A stretch of 64,000 bases of DNA from Squalus acanthias (Eukaryota): contig CM059437.1 of the NCBI GenBank assembly GCA_030390025.1, positions 15,438,001 through 15,502,000 of the forward strand. Reading direction: 5' to 3'. Made by a program: the position numbers and the translations under genes. A model generated the notes under the pieces. It was not told where the DNA came from. It saw only the letters and a list, made by a program, of their open reading frames with translations, and ran no database searches. Below, one piece after another: positions 52,882 through 64,000 of the stretch. Each line of letters starts with the position of its first letter. The stretch's first letter is position 1.

Positions 52882-53725
52882 GGCCTGGATTTTCATTGAC
52901 CCGTGGAGTCGGGTTTGGAGGCGTGTGGGGGGTTAAAGTTGCAGATTCGGGGGTCCCGAACCCATCCCGCCCCCAACCCGCCTCCATGCCAGTTTCGCTG
53001 GCGGCGGGTACCCAACCTGTGCTGGGACCCGCCTCCCCGAGGCGGGAAGGGATTAGTGACAATTAACTGCCTGTTAACAGGTAGTTAACAGGCAGTTTTT
53101 TGCCTAATCCCTATTTTGAAAGCTGAAATGTGGGCTTCCCGACAGGTCCCAACCACTCCAAGTTAGCGAGGCGGACCGTGGGTCTGCAGGGGTTGGAGGG
53201 GTCGATATGTCCGGTGGGCAGGTGAGTGATGGGTGCATGTGTGCAGAGGTAAGTGTGTAAGGTAAGTGCAAAGTGTGGGGAAAAGTTTTACTTACCTTAA
53301 CTTCCTCCTGCAGGTGTCAGCCTTTCAGTTCTCGGGAGTCAGAAATCTCACTGGCACAGAAAGCAGAAAGGCCGTGGTGCTGTCAAAAACTGCAGCCTCT
53401 GTTTTCTGTGCTGGAATGATTTCTAACTCAGCCTGAGAGGAAGGACTCAAGTTAGAAGACAAATTGTCAGTGTTTGACAGCTTCACAGAGCTGTCAAACG
53501 CTGATATTTCATCTGTCAAAAGCTCTTAACAGATGAAATGTCAATCTGTGACGTCACCTGTTGCCGGGTGGCCCTCAATTGGCCTGCTGAGCTCACTGGG
53601 CGGGCTCAACAAGGTCAATCAAAGTGAAAATGCAGTGGGTTGGCCACAAGTCGATGGAGGCGGGACTACAACCCAAAAAGTGGGAGTCCCGACTCCATCA
53701 CGTCCCCAGTATCAAAATCCAGCCC
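52882..53725. mobile_element. MITE family C (Harbinger-type)
   Basis: TIRs ggcctggattttc / caaaatccagccc; TSD AAA. Confidence 0.85.
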
Positions 53726-54279
53726 AAAATGCCTCAAGTGGCAGATTTCCCCCACCACCGGAAAGGAGCAGAATTCAAGCCACAAATATTTATAGCTAAC
53801 GAGAATAATCACTGAACAACCAGGGGGACCATTGAACCATTCGGCTTGTGGCCTTTACAGTTCGGAAACAAAGTCATAATTGTAGGCAGCCCATCACCAG
53901 CACTGACTGAAAAATTAACCATGAAGTAAATACGGCTGTCTGCCACTGTGGGTGTCCTGACATTTCACAATAGAACCTGGAACCAATAGTGTGGCTGATG
54001 TACTGGAACAACATGGTGGCACAATCAATCATATTGTTCCTCTGATTGCTGGCTTTACTTTACAAGGATCGAAATGTGGTACAAGCCCACTTTGAGCTGG
54101 AAAATGTTTTCAAAGAGGGTCGCGAGTTACTCGTGTGGAGCCAATTGAGCAGTTTACAGAAATAATGAAAGATTCAGCTTTATCAAAGTGGCACTCCGTG
54201 GCCCCTTAATGAGGTTGGGATGTTTGTTCAATACTTATCATTGAACTGTGTGCCTAGGGATCAATTTAATAAGAAATAT

Positions 54280-56290
54280 GGGCCTAGAAATTCCAGTGCG
54301 CCGAAAAGCTGCCGGTGCCGGCGCCACAGTTAACGGCCGCCCACATTAATAGCGGTATTTTGGTGCTGCCCGCTGATTAACATTAGCACAGCGCTAAACC
54401 TACCGTGTAAGGCTGGTTTTCAGGCGTTACTCTCAGTGGGAGGCCCAATGTCGTGTGGTCGTAGCGTCCCTGGAGGAAGAACAGCCTTATCTTAAAGCTA
54501 GCCTGTCATTGCAGTGTCGGTCCCTTAAAGGGGAACTGCTTTCTATAATTAAAGAAATAAAAATAGGCAGATTTTAGCTCTTAGAACGCAACTGCCTTCT
54601 GAAAAAAATAAACATTAAAAGTAATTCCCAAATGGCAGTCTGCAGCTCCTAAAGCTAAATTGCCTTCCGCACTTAAAAAAATGGTAAAAGTGCTTCAGCA
54701 TTAGCACAAATGGCTCAACAAGCCAGGGGCACTCAGGGTCTCACACACAGCACTCCAGCTTTGTGCAGGGGGCCAACACTGAAAGAGAGGTCCTCTACCC
54801 ACTGGAGCCAGGAGGCCCTCCAGAAAGAACGATGTGAGACCAGATCACCGAGGCCGTCACTGTTGGTAATGTCGCCCCCACCACCTGGCTCCAGTGCCCA
54901 AAGAAGCATCATGACCTCAGACCAGTGGTCAAGGTCAGTGAATGCATCTTCAAAGGCCGTCTCCTACCAACTGCGCCACTAGCCTCACACAGTGCTCAAT
55001 GCATGACCATCGCTCACCTACCAACAATCTCTATCAAACACATGGCACACTTCCCATTCCTAGCTTCACCTCACCCCCTTGGAGGAGGTGCTGCTGGCCA
55101 TTCTTGGCAGGAGCATGGCTGAGAACTTGGCCAGCGGCGAGGCTGAAAGGATACAAGATGCTGCTATCTTCAAACACTATCCTCCTCCTTGCATGCACCT
55201 CTTGCTTTCCCGCCCTCCCCTCACCACAACTTCATCCTTGTGCCTTCCTCATTTCACACACCCAAGAAATGCAGCCTTCCCAGCCAATGGTTGACCAAGA
55301 AGAAGGAGAGGAGAGTGAAGAAGAAGAAGAAGAAGAAACACCATCACTCGATTTCACACTCCCAGCCACCAACTCTTCAAGGCCATCCTGCAAGGCCATT
55401 TGCAGTGTCCTCCACTGAAAGTCAGCAGCCTTCCACCAACCATGCTGCAGCCACTAGGGTAGTACTGTGTGACATCAGTAGGATAGGCAAAGGCACACAC
55501 AAAACAGTCATTACGGGAATGCATAAGGGTGATTAGTTGATTTCTTGATGTCTTATTGGATGGATAGATGTATAAAGTTGGATTTGAAAGTTTACTTTGT
55601 GGTGGCTTTTATTTCAGCATTGTGGCTAAGAGGATGCTGTGATGGTCAGTAACAGAGGGAAAGTAAGGTGTGGGAGAAATGTTGAAAGGGGTTGTGGTCA
55701 TTGGTACCGCAGACGGATGATTCCATCCTGGATATCCCGGCCAGAAAGGGACTGTCTGGGTTGCATCCTCCTCTTCTGCGCCTTCCACTTCTGCATCTTC
55801 CTAGTCTGTGTCTTCCTATTCTGCATCTTCCTCTTCCCTCTGCGAGCGGATGCTGGAAATCTGAAATAAAAGCAGAAAATGCTGGAAATAATCAGCAGGT
55901 CAGGTAGCATCTTGACCTGTGACGTGAATTCTGTTTCTCTCTCCACGGATGCTGCCTAATATGTTGAGTATTTCCAGCATTTTCTCTCTTCTCAGCAGCC
56001 TTCCTTTACCATCTGAGGCCTTGCAAGCATCCAGCAGCACTCGCTGCACACTTTAAAAAAATTTAACATTTATTGCACCAAGCCATTACTACAATAAAAT
56101 ATAGAAAGTCCTGTCCAAAAGCTGAAATTCAAACTTACCTGAAAGATGTGTGTGTCCCTTTAAGTAGTGCTGACAGTGTCTCTGTTTGCTGCATGCTCGC
56201 TTCTCTGAGCGAGGTTAGGACCGAAATGCTCGAAAAATCACGAGGGCCTCTCAAAATAGGCTTAGAGAGACCCTTAACGAGCATTTAATT
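54280..56290 (+). mobile_element. Non-autonomous Harbinger-like element (family A)
   Basis: Left end gggcctagaaatt; decayed Myb-like and acidic coding remnants; homologous to 8790-10390 and 1-235. Confidence 0.65.
55851..55986. mobile_element. Miniature inverted Penelope-like family 2 insertion
   Basis: agaaaatgctggaaataatcagcaggtcaggtagcatc is inverted against gatgctgcctaatatgttgagtatttccagcattttct. Confidence 0.7.
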
Positions 56291-56470
56291 ATCTTAAGTA
56301 GCGCTATGGTCAGCTGGAGGCAGGACCGTTCCCTGACCTACAAAACCGGCACCGGCAAAATCCCGTGGAGGCAGGTTGGAGGCGGGTTTCAAACCCGCCC
56401 TCATTGTTTCTGATTTTCCCGCCTTTCCTGCCTCCAAACCCGCCTCCTCCGATGTCTGAAAATCGCCCCC
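56291..56470 (-). mobile_element. Harbinger terminal segment (inverted partner of the 58390-58463 end)
   Basis: Ends gaaaatcgcccc; shares ggaggcgggtttcaaaccc with 58395-58413. Confidence 0.7.
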
Positions 56471-57310
56471 AATACTTCAGTTGAGGCCGAACCAATGTTT
56501 TATAAAGGTTCATCATAACTTCTTTGCTTTTTTTACTCTATGCCTCTATTTATGAAGCCCAGTATCCCATATGCTTTTTTAACCGCTTTCTCAACCTGCC
56601 CTGCCACCTTCAATGATTTGTGTACATATACCCCCAGGTCTCTCTGTTCATGCACCCCTTTTAGGATTGTACCCTTTAGTTTATATTGCCTCTCCTCGTT
56701 TTTCCTACCAAAATGTATCACTTCGCACTTTTCTGCGTTAAATTTCATCTGCCATGTATTCGTCCATTTAACTAGCCTGTCTATGTCTTCTTGAAGTCTA
56801 TCACTATCCTCCTCACTGTTCACTATACTTCCCAGTTTTGTGTCATCTGTAAATTTTGAAATTGTGCCCTGTACACCCAAGTCCAAGTCATTAATATATA
56901 TCAAGAAAAGCAGTGGTCCTGGTACCGACCCCTGGGGAACACCACTGTATACCTTCCTCCAGTCCAAAAAACATCCGTTCACCACTACTCTCTGTTTCCT
57001 GTCACTTAGCCAATTTCGTATCCATACTGCCACTGTCCCTTTTATTCCATAGGCTTCAACTTTGCTGGCAAACCTATTATGTGGCACTTTATCAAACGCC
57101 TTTTGGAAGTCCATGTACACCATGTCAGCCGCATTGCCCTCATCAACCCTCTCTGTTACCTCATCAAAAAACGCGATCATGTTAGTTAAACACGATTTGC
57201 CTTTAACAAATCTGTGCTGGCTTTCCTTAATTAATCCATACTTGTCGAAGTGATAATTTTGTCCCTGATTATCGTTTCTAAAAGCTTCCCCACTACCGAG
57301 GTTAAACTGA
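56471..57310 (-). mobile_element. CR1 RT fragment
   Basis: ORF 56533-57180 (YMDFQKAFDKV, GVPQGSVPGP, FTDDTK); ends at LYKTLVRPQLKY. Confidence 0.92.
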
Positions 57311-57768
57311 AGTGGCTATTGATGCCGATCAGGAGGCCAGCTAACGAGGCTGAAGAGCGCTACAACACCAGCCACACTTCGACCAGGTCCATCATCGAGC
57401 AAACCATTGGGTTGTTGAAGATGCGCTTCCATTGCCTTGACTGATCAGGTGGAGCCCTGCAGTATACACCATACAGGGTCTCCAGAATGGTCGTGGTCTG
57501 CTGTGCACTGCACAACATCGCACAGCGTCGCGGCTTGCAGCTTGCTGATGAGCAAGCGGCTCAGTTCCAGCCCTCCTCAGATGAGGATGAGGAGGAGGAG
57601 GAGGAGGCTGAGGAGTGGGAGGATCTGGAGGAGGAGGAGGAGGAGCAGGAGGAGGAGGAGCAGGAGGAGGTCAGAGCGCCGGTGTCTCGACCAGCAGCAG
57701 TGGCAGCATGCGAGCACATGGCTGCCTGGGATGCAAGGGATGAACTTATCATGGCCAGATTTGTATAG
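57311..57768 (+). pseudogene. PIF/Harbinger (HARBI1-like) DDE transposase C-terminal fragment
   Basis: WLLMP...EERYNTSH..TRSIIEQTIGLLKMRFHCLD*SGGALQY...CCALHNIA plus acidic tail; contains an internal stop. Confidence 0.9.
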
Positions 57769-57949
57769 GTTGCCCAAGTTGGCACATGTCCTTGGCTCCA
57801 TCCTAAGACATCCTTGACAATGGACATGACTCTCTGGTCTCCTTTCACTCAGGCCACCAACCTGACAACGCAAGTGTGGCGGAGCCCGCAATGTGGAGCT
57901 GCCTAAGGCAAAAGAACAAATGCCATAACACCAACATTTTGGCATCAAA

Positions 57950-58180
57950 TCATTTTAATGCTTTCCAACAGGGATGGCATTTCATCAATACACAGAAACA
58001 TTCTCCCAATCTGCACACAGATCTTGCCAGCTGTACCCACACAGCCTTGGTTTCTTTGGCAGGCCTCTTCCTCCGAGATGAGTGGAAAAGCACCTCCCTG
58101 CTATCTGTCACCCCCTCAAACAACATTTGCAACGCCTCATCCGAGAGCCTCGGGGAGGCCCTTGCCTTGGAATTGGACAT
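57950..58180 (-). pseudogene. Harbinger second-ORF Myb/SANT-like DNA-binding fragment
   Basis: RASPRLSDEALQMLFEGV..SREVLF...W..LA..V; convergent with the transposase, as expected for Harbinger. Confidence 0.75.
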
Positions 58181-58463
58181 CGCGGTTTCTCAGAATATGT
58201 TGCAGGTGGTGCAGCATAGGCAGAAATCCTGTGGAATGAGCCAAGGCAGCAAGAAGCCATAAAATCAGACTGGAAAAGTGATGTCAGCAGAGGCGAGTTT
58301 CAGTCCCAAAACACAAATTGACAAAGGGCATCCCACACCTCTGAAATCAAGTGGCCAATCATGGGTAAATCGCAAATTTTTGAAAACTATCAGTGGAGGC
58401 GGGTTTCAAACCCACCCAAACCGAAACCCACCTCCATCTTGCCTCCAGTGAGAAAATAGCCTC

Positions 58464-59016
58464 CATTGTGTCCAATTCTGGGCACCGCAATTTAGGAAGG
58501 ATGTGAAGGCCTCAGAGAGGGGGCAGAAAAGATTTACGAGAATGATTCCAGGGATGAGGGACTTCAGTTGCGTGGATAGACTAGAGAAGCTGGGGTTGTT
58601 CTCCTTAGAGTAGAGAAGATTGAGAGAAGATTTGATAGAGGTGCTCAAAATCAAGAGGGGTCCGGGCAGAGTAGATAGAGAGAAACTGTTCCCATTGGCG
58701 GAAGGGTCGAGAATCAGAGGACACAGATTTAAGGTGATTGGCAAAAGAACCAAAGGCGACATGAGGAAAAACTTTTTTACGCAGCGAGTGGTTAGGATCT
58801 GGAATGCACTGCCTGAAAGGGTGGTGGAGGCAGACTCAATCATGGCTTTCAAAAGGGAATTGGATAAGTACCTGAAGGAAAAAAAATTGCAGGGCTACAG
58901 GGACAGGGCGGGGAGTGGGACTAGCTGAAGTGCTCTTGCAGAGAGCTGGCACGGGCTCGACGGGCCGAATGGCGTCCTTCAATGCTGTAACCATTCTATG
59001 ATGCTTTGATTCTATG
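58464..59016 (+). mobile_element. CR1 3' part
   Basis: Starts at CVQFWAP; EDLIEVLKI...RVVRIWNALPE; attctatg tail. Confidence 0.92.
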
Positions 59017-59804
59017 AAGTTCCCTTTTCCTTTACACTTCTTGCAGAAGAAGACAGCCCGCAACAACCATGAGTGATCACTTACAGGAGGTACATTTAGA
59101 CCACTTGCCCCATATGAGGGAGAAACCCTCAAAATCTGAGAATGGAGGCTTTAGAGCTGATGTGAAGTGAGCGGTTTTAATCAGCTCAGAGTTCAATGGA
59201 AACTTCTGCTGCTCATTCTATTCTCTTATTCACTAATTTGCTCTCTTCATTTGGACAAGCTGATTAGCGATCCTGTCGAAAGAGTGGCTGAGACTGCAGC
59301 TAAAGGCTTGTATGACAGCAGTCTGAGCATTCAGGAGCAATGCGCAGATAGACATGACGGCCTCCGTCGCGAGGTTTGCGCGACAGATCTCCACGGCGCT
59401 ATCAGCCGTTCCAAGGCTGACTGCATTCTTCCTATGCTGCGCATGAGAAGCTGACAACATGTGGAATCCACCATGTGTTGAAAGCTCCTGGGCACCAGTG
59501 ACTCCAACAATCTCTCCATAACCACTCAAAAGCCAGGCGACAGAAATCAGGATCCCTGCCCTCATCTGCTATGGATGGAGGCAAGCTCATTCTCTGATCA
59601 GCTACTTCCTGCCCCTGAACCCTCTACCTACCCATGCTTCTGCTCACTTGTGCTGTGTGCTTTACCCCTCAGATTATCTAAATCCCCCGGGGGATGGATC
59701 CATGCTGCTTTGCAGAGTGAATATGAGTGTCAGCATGTCAGTCAGGTGCTTGGTGACTTCAGATCTGAGGGCCCTGAGATAGCTCCTACTGCCATACCTG
59801 CAGA

Positions 59805-60255
59805 CAACATACGAACATACGAATTAGGAGCAGGAGTAGACCACTCAGCCCCTCGAGCCTGCTCTGCCATTCAATAAGATCATGGCTGATCTGATTACTC
59901 CACATTCCCGCCTACCCCCGATAACCTTTCACCCCCTTGCTTATCAAGAATCTATCTAGCTCTGCCTTAAAAATATTCAAAGACTCTGCTTCCACCGCCC
60001 TCAAAGGAAGAGAGTTATAAAGACTCACGACCCTCTGTGAGAAAAAAATTCTCCTCATCTCTGTCTTAAATGGGCGACCCCTTATTTTTAAACAGTGACC
60101 CCTAGTTCTAGATTCTCCCACAAGAGGAAACATCCTCTCCACATCCACCCTGTCAAGACCCCTCAGGATCTTATATGTTTCAATCAAGTCACCTCTTACT
60201 CTTCTAAACTCCAGCGGATACAAGCCTAGCCTGTCCAACCTTTCCTCATAAGACA
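59805..60255 (-). mobile_element. CR1 3' end fragment
   Basis: ORF 59912-60256 SYEERLDRLGLYPLEFRRVRGDLIETYKIL; (TTCGTATG)n tail. Confidence 0.92.
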
Positions 60256-61429
60256 AAGGACGAGGAAATGTGTTAACAGCATATGCTCATAACAAATTGT
60301 TGCCAAATGGCCTTTGTCCAAGAGCTAGTATGAATCTGCTGATGTATGCAAGCTTTCATGTCAGTGATTGCATAACTGAATGGGATGGAGTGTGAAGGAA
60401 GGTTAGGTCCCATAGAAACCCTGGATGATGAGCAGTAGCAGGAGAAGAACAGAGGCAATAGCAATGAGGTAAACTATGAGGAGGCTTTTGAGATTTGAAG
60501 AGAAAGGTTTGAAGAGAGAGTTCCCACATACTATCACTATAGGGAAACAACTTTGTATATCGAAATTCAGTGGAGAGGCCACTTTGAACTCATCCACTCT
60601 GCAGAAGGCTTCCACACACAACTGCTGCACATATTCCACGTGCAGCATATCGACATCCTCCTGAAGGATTCCACAGCTTATCTGTGGGCTCTGGATAAAT
60701 TTGACGATGCATCTATGGGTTTTGTATGAATTCCATGACCTTATCAAAAGGCTCTGTAAACCTTCCACACCACCCCTATCGTAGTTGGTGACTAAATAAG
60801 TATTGGCTAGAAGAAAAGGTAAACTTTTGAAAATGCATCTGAGGCTTGGGTTTGTATTATCAGCTGCTGTGCAGTGTGGAGTATAAAGTCACCTTGTTCT
60901 CTGCTGTAGTTGGCCCCATGAATCAGCCTTCCTAAGGAGAACCTAAACTTACAAGAAATAATAAATTGTGATCATTTACTCACAAACGTGAACCTCTGCC
61001 AAGTCTTCTGAACAACGTGCTGCTGTGTTCCAGTGTCATTGCAGCTGGGATTGACAATGGTTCTCCTTCATCCAATGCATTCTAGGCAATGTTCTGCAGA
61101 AATCAAAGACTTGTGGCTCAGATGCAAGAAATGTGTTCATGCACACAAATGTGTTGGCACATAAAAGAATGGCGCACATCCAGCAACATTCTCTGAAAAC
61201 AACACAAAACATCACTTTTGCACTTTTGCACAGGATTTAGGCGACATTGCAGCTCTTATTGTTTTTTTGTCTTTGCATTTGAGCCATAGAGATGAATTCC
61301 AAAGTCTTTGATTTGTATGGACCATTGATTAGAATGCACTGGGTTGTCCAGATCACCCCACCCACCAATGCCCCCTCGGACTCTGCCAGCCAATCAATAA
61401 TGCCTGCCCCAAACCGATGCTTTGGTGGT

Positions 61430-61650
61430 GTGGCCCCACTCCACTGGTACTTCTCCCCTGAGATGCCCTGAAATTCCCTCTATAAACCTCTCTGTCACTG
61501 CACCTCCCTCTCTTCCTTTAAGACCCTCCTTAAAACCCAGCTTTTTGACCGAGCTTTTGGTCAACTCTCCTTCTTTGGCTTGGCATCTATTTGTGTCTGT
61601 TTTCTCCACTGCCTGGGACATTAAATGTACTCGATAAATTCAAGTTGTTC
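61430..61650 (+). mobile_element. Degenerate L2 3' end
   Basis: Similar to 11570-11825. Confidence 0.6.
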
Positions 61651-62550
61651 TTTTTAGATGAAGGAGAACCAATGAAAGATAAAAGCCATGATAAGGGTAG
61701 GTTGTACAGTCTGTTAAAACCTCAGGCTTGATGGTCCAAACAATATATTTTTATGTTCTATAAGCAGAATTATACAAATATGGAATTCCAACACTGTAGC
61801 TTATATTTTCCACATTAGCACATTTCCGGCTGATATGTTGGAGCAGTACTGTCAACATCAATCAGATTATGAATGTAATGATATTCAATGTGATCTCACC
61901 GAAGGTATCACTTCTCACACGATTGGTACTTGTGTCCAAAACATCAATAAACAAATAAGATGATTTCTGTTTGAATAAAATTGACAGAACAACATTATAT
62001 TGAACATTACAGATGGAGAAGCATCACTATTTTAATGAAAATCCTCTTGATATTGACAAAATGTTTTGTCCCTCTGCTGCTTAATGGCATGAATTGCTGT
62101 TCTGTGGTTTCAATGAGTTTTCTGCAAATGAGAAGCAATGATAAGATTATTAACTGTTTGTGGCTGGGTGGACAGAGCAAATCATTTTAACAGGGGAGCG
62201 AATAAGTAGATGATCTGAATAATAATGCAGATGTGAGAAGTGAGTATTTGGATGCAGGGAGTTTGATTAAAATGCAGATAAATGTTTGAATGTCCAAGCA
62301 ATTTTCCTTTTATTCCCAATTTTCTCCCTGTCACAGTTTAGAAATCTCTGGCCAGTGAAATGGACATTAATGGATCGGCCGCCCGTTACACGCCCAGCCT
62401 GATATTCAGTTTCATGATGAATGTCAATACATGGCGGGACCCATTAGGTGGATGTGAAATGGGTGGATGAGTAGTTGAAGGGCAGTTTAATGCAAAGGGA
62501 GGGGGCGGGGGTGGTACTGGTGATGGGAGCGGACCGCAGGACTTCATTTG

Positions 62551-62838
62551 TTATGTTTCACAATAGTTGAACCTTTGCGATATTAGGGCATCCCTGGAAT
62601 CCCAGGCAGCACTGTGAGCAGCTGGTCTGACGATGGGTGCCCCATCTTCATCCTCCTCATCCTCCTCCTCCTGCTCCTCCTCTATGTTCTCCTCACCTGA
62701 AGATGAGTGATGAGCCCCTTTGTCCTCCTCCACCTGTAATCCGCTCTGCTGCGCAATGTTGTGCAGGATGCAGCACACCAACATTCTGATGGCTTGCTCT
62801 ATGGTACACCTGGTGGTCATGTGGCTCTCATTGCAGCA
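62551..62838 (-). pseudogene. Harbinger transposase C-terminal fragment
   Basis: NESHMTTRCTIEQAI..VCCILHNIAQQSGL...acidic...SRDALISQRF. Confidence 0.85.
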
Positions 62839-63605
62839 CTCCTCAAAAAATTCAACTAGACATGACATAACCTTTACAAATCCATGCTGGCTCTCTCTGA
62901 TCAGCTCATATTTGTCCAAATGCTCAGTCACTCTGTCCCTAATAACAGATTTTAGTAACTTACCCACAACTGACGTTAGACTAATAGGCTGATAATTCCC
63001 TGGTTTATCTCTCATACCTTTCTTAAATAGTGGAGTGACATTTGCAATTTTCCAATCCAAGGGGACAATTCCTGAATTGAGAGAGTTTTGGAAGATCATG
63101 ACTAACGCAGCAACAACTTCCTCACCTAATTCTGTTAATACCCTGGGGCAGAAACCATCGGGTCCCGGAGATTTGTCTATCTTTAATAACATTAGTTTCT
63201 CCATCACCATTTTTTTTTTTACTTGTATTGAATCTAGTTACTGTAGTTCCTCCCGTTTATTTAGTTTTAGTTTTCCTTGTGTCTCTGGTATTTTATCCTC
63301 ATCCTCTACTGTGAAGACTGATACAAAGTAACTATTTAGTAAGTCCATCATTTCCTGATTTTCAATTAGAATATCACCAGCGTCTGCCATTAAGGGACCA
63401 CACTCTTTCTCTTAATATATGAGTAAAAGCATTTAGTGTTGTCCTTCATATCACTCGCAAGCTTTTTCTCGTATTCTCTTTTTGCAGCTCTTAGCACTTC
63501 CTTTGTATCCCTTTGCTGTTCTTTATAACTCTCCCAGTCTGTGAGATCTCGACTGTTGATTGCCTTTGTATAAGCCCCTTCTTTTAGCTTTATACTATCT
63601 CTCAC
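62839..63605 (-). mobile_element. CR1 ORF2 internal fragment
   Basis: DKSPGPDGFCPRVL...DWKIANVTPLFKKG...SQHGF. Confidence 0.9.
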
Positions 63606-63656
63606 ACAAGTGCACTTTGGAGAGTGATCGAGAGCAGGAACCCTAACTGTTATTTC

Positions 63657-64000
63657 GGGCTGGATTTTCCCTGCGGAGGCGGGATGGTGGCGGGAGAGCT
63701 GGTTGCCGGGTTCCGGTCCCAATCCCATCTGCAGCCGCTCTCTGAAAATGATTTTCCATAGATTGGCCTTGTTAAGCCCGCCCTGCGGGGTTCCTGGCCA
63801 ATTAACAGGAAGCGGGTCTGATGATGTCATTTGATGACGCGTCATCAGCCGGTTTCCTTAAAGGGACCACAGCCACATTGATTTTGACAGTTGTGCTGTC
63901 AGTGTTTGACAGCATTGAGATGCTGCAAACACTGACAAGCACTGCACAGAGGTGCACGGCTGCACCCAGGCTCTCGCATGACTCCCTCCATATGCTTATG
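63657..64000 (-). mobile_element. End of a Harbinger element (same family as 26998-28637), runs off the window
   Basis: TIR gggctggattttcc; reverse complement of ~28295-28637. Confidence 0.8.

Noticed and set aside
57250-57768. Host HARBI1 gene
   Set aside because: 5'-truncated, has an internal stop, and sits next to a Myb-like ORF and TIR, so it is a transposon relic
1-64000. CRISPR arrays, rRNA genes or prokaryotic operons
   Set aside because: No regularly spaced repeats, rRNA similarity or gene-dense organisation; the sequence is vertebrate repeat-rich DNA

Overview
Repeat-dense, non-coding vertebrate genomic DNA. The repeat set (CR1 with (TTCTTATG)n/(ATTCTATG)n tails, L2, Deu-domain SINEs, Penelope-like elements, GC-rich PIF/Harbinger MITEs) points to a cartilaginous fish; this is inference. 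I recognise no intact host protein-coding gene: nearly all listed ORFs are decayed retrotransposon or transposon fragments, or chance ORFs. Main points of interest: (1) three target-duplicated, head-to-head fold-back Penelope-like insertions (32.6, 35.9, 43.0 kb) with minimal hammerhead ribozyme motifs on both arms, a reproducible one-sided ~36-nt tail, and in one case an apex on a pre-existing micro-hairpin; (2) a CR1-group LINE whose 5' leader is the body of a tRNA-headed SINE present in two different deletion forms; (3) a CR1 split by a Harbinger insertion and then inverted (56.3-59.0 kb); (4) a MITE family carrying promoter-like motifs plus three conserved splice donors. There is one assembly gap (41885-42028). 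Boundaries are approximate unless TIR or TSD coordinates are stated.
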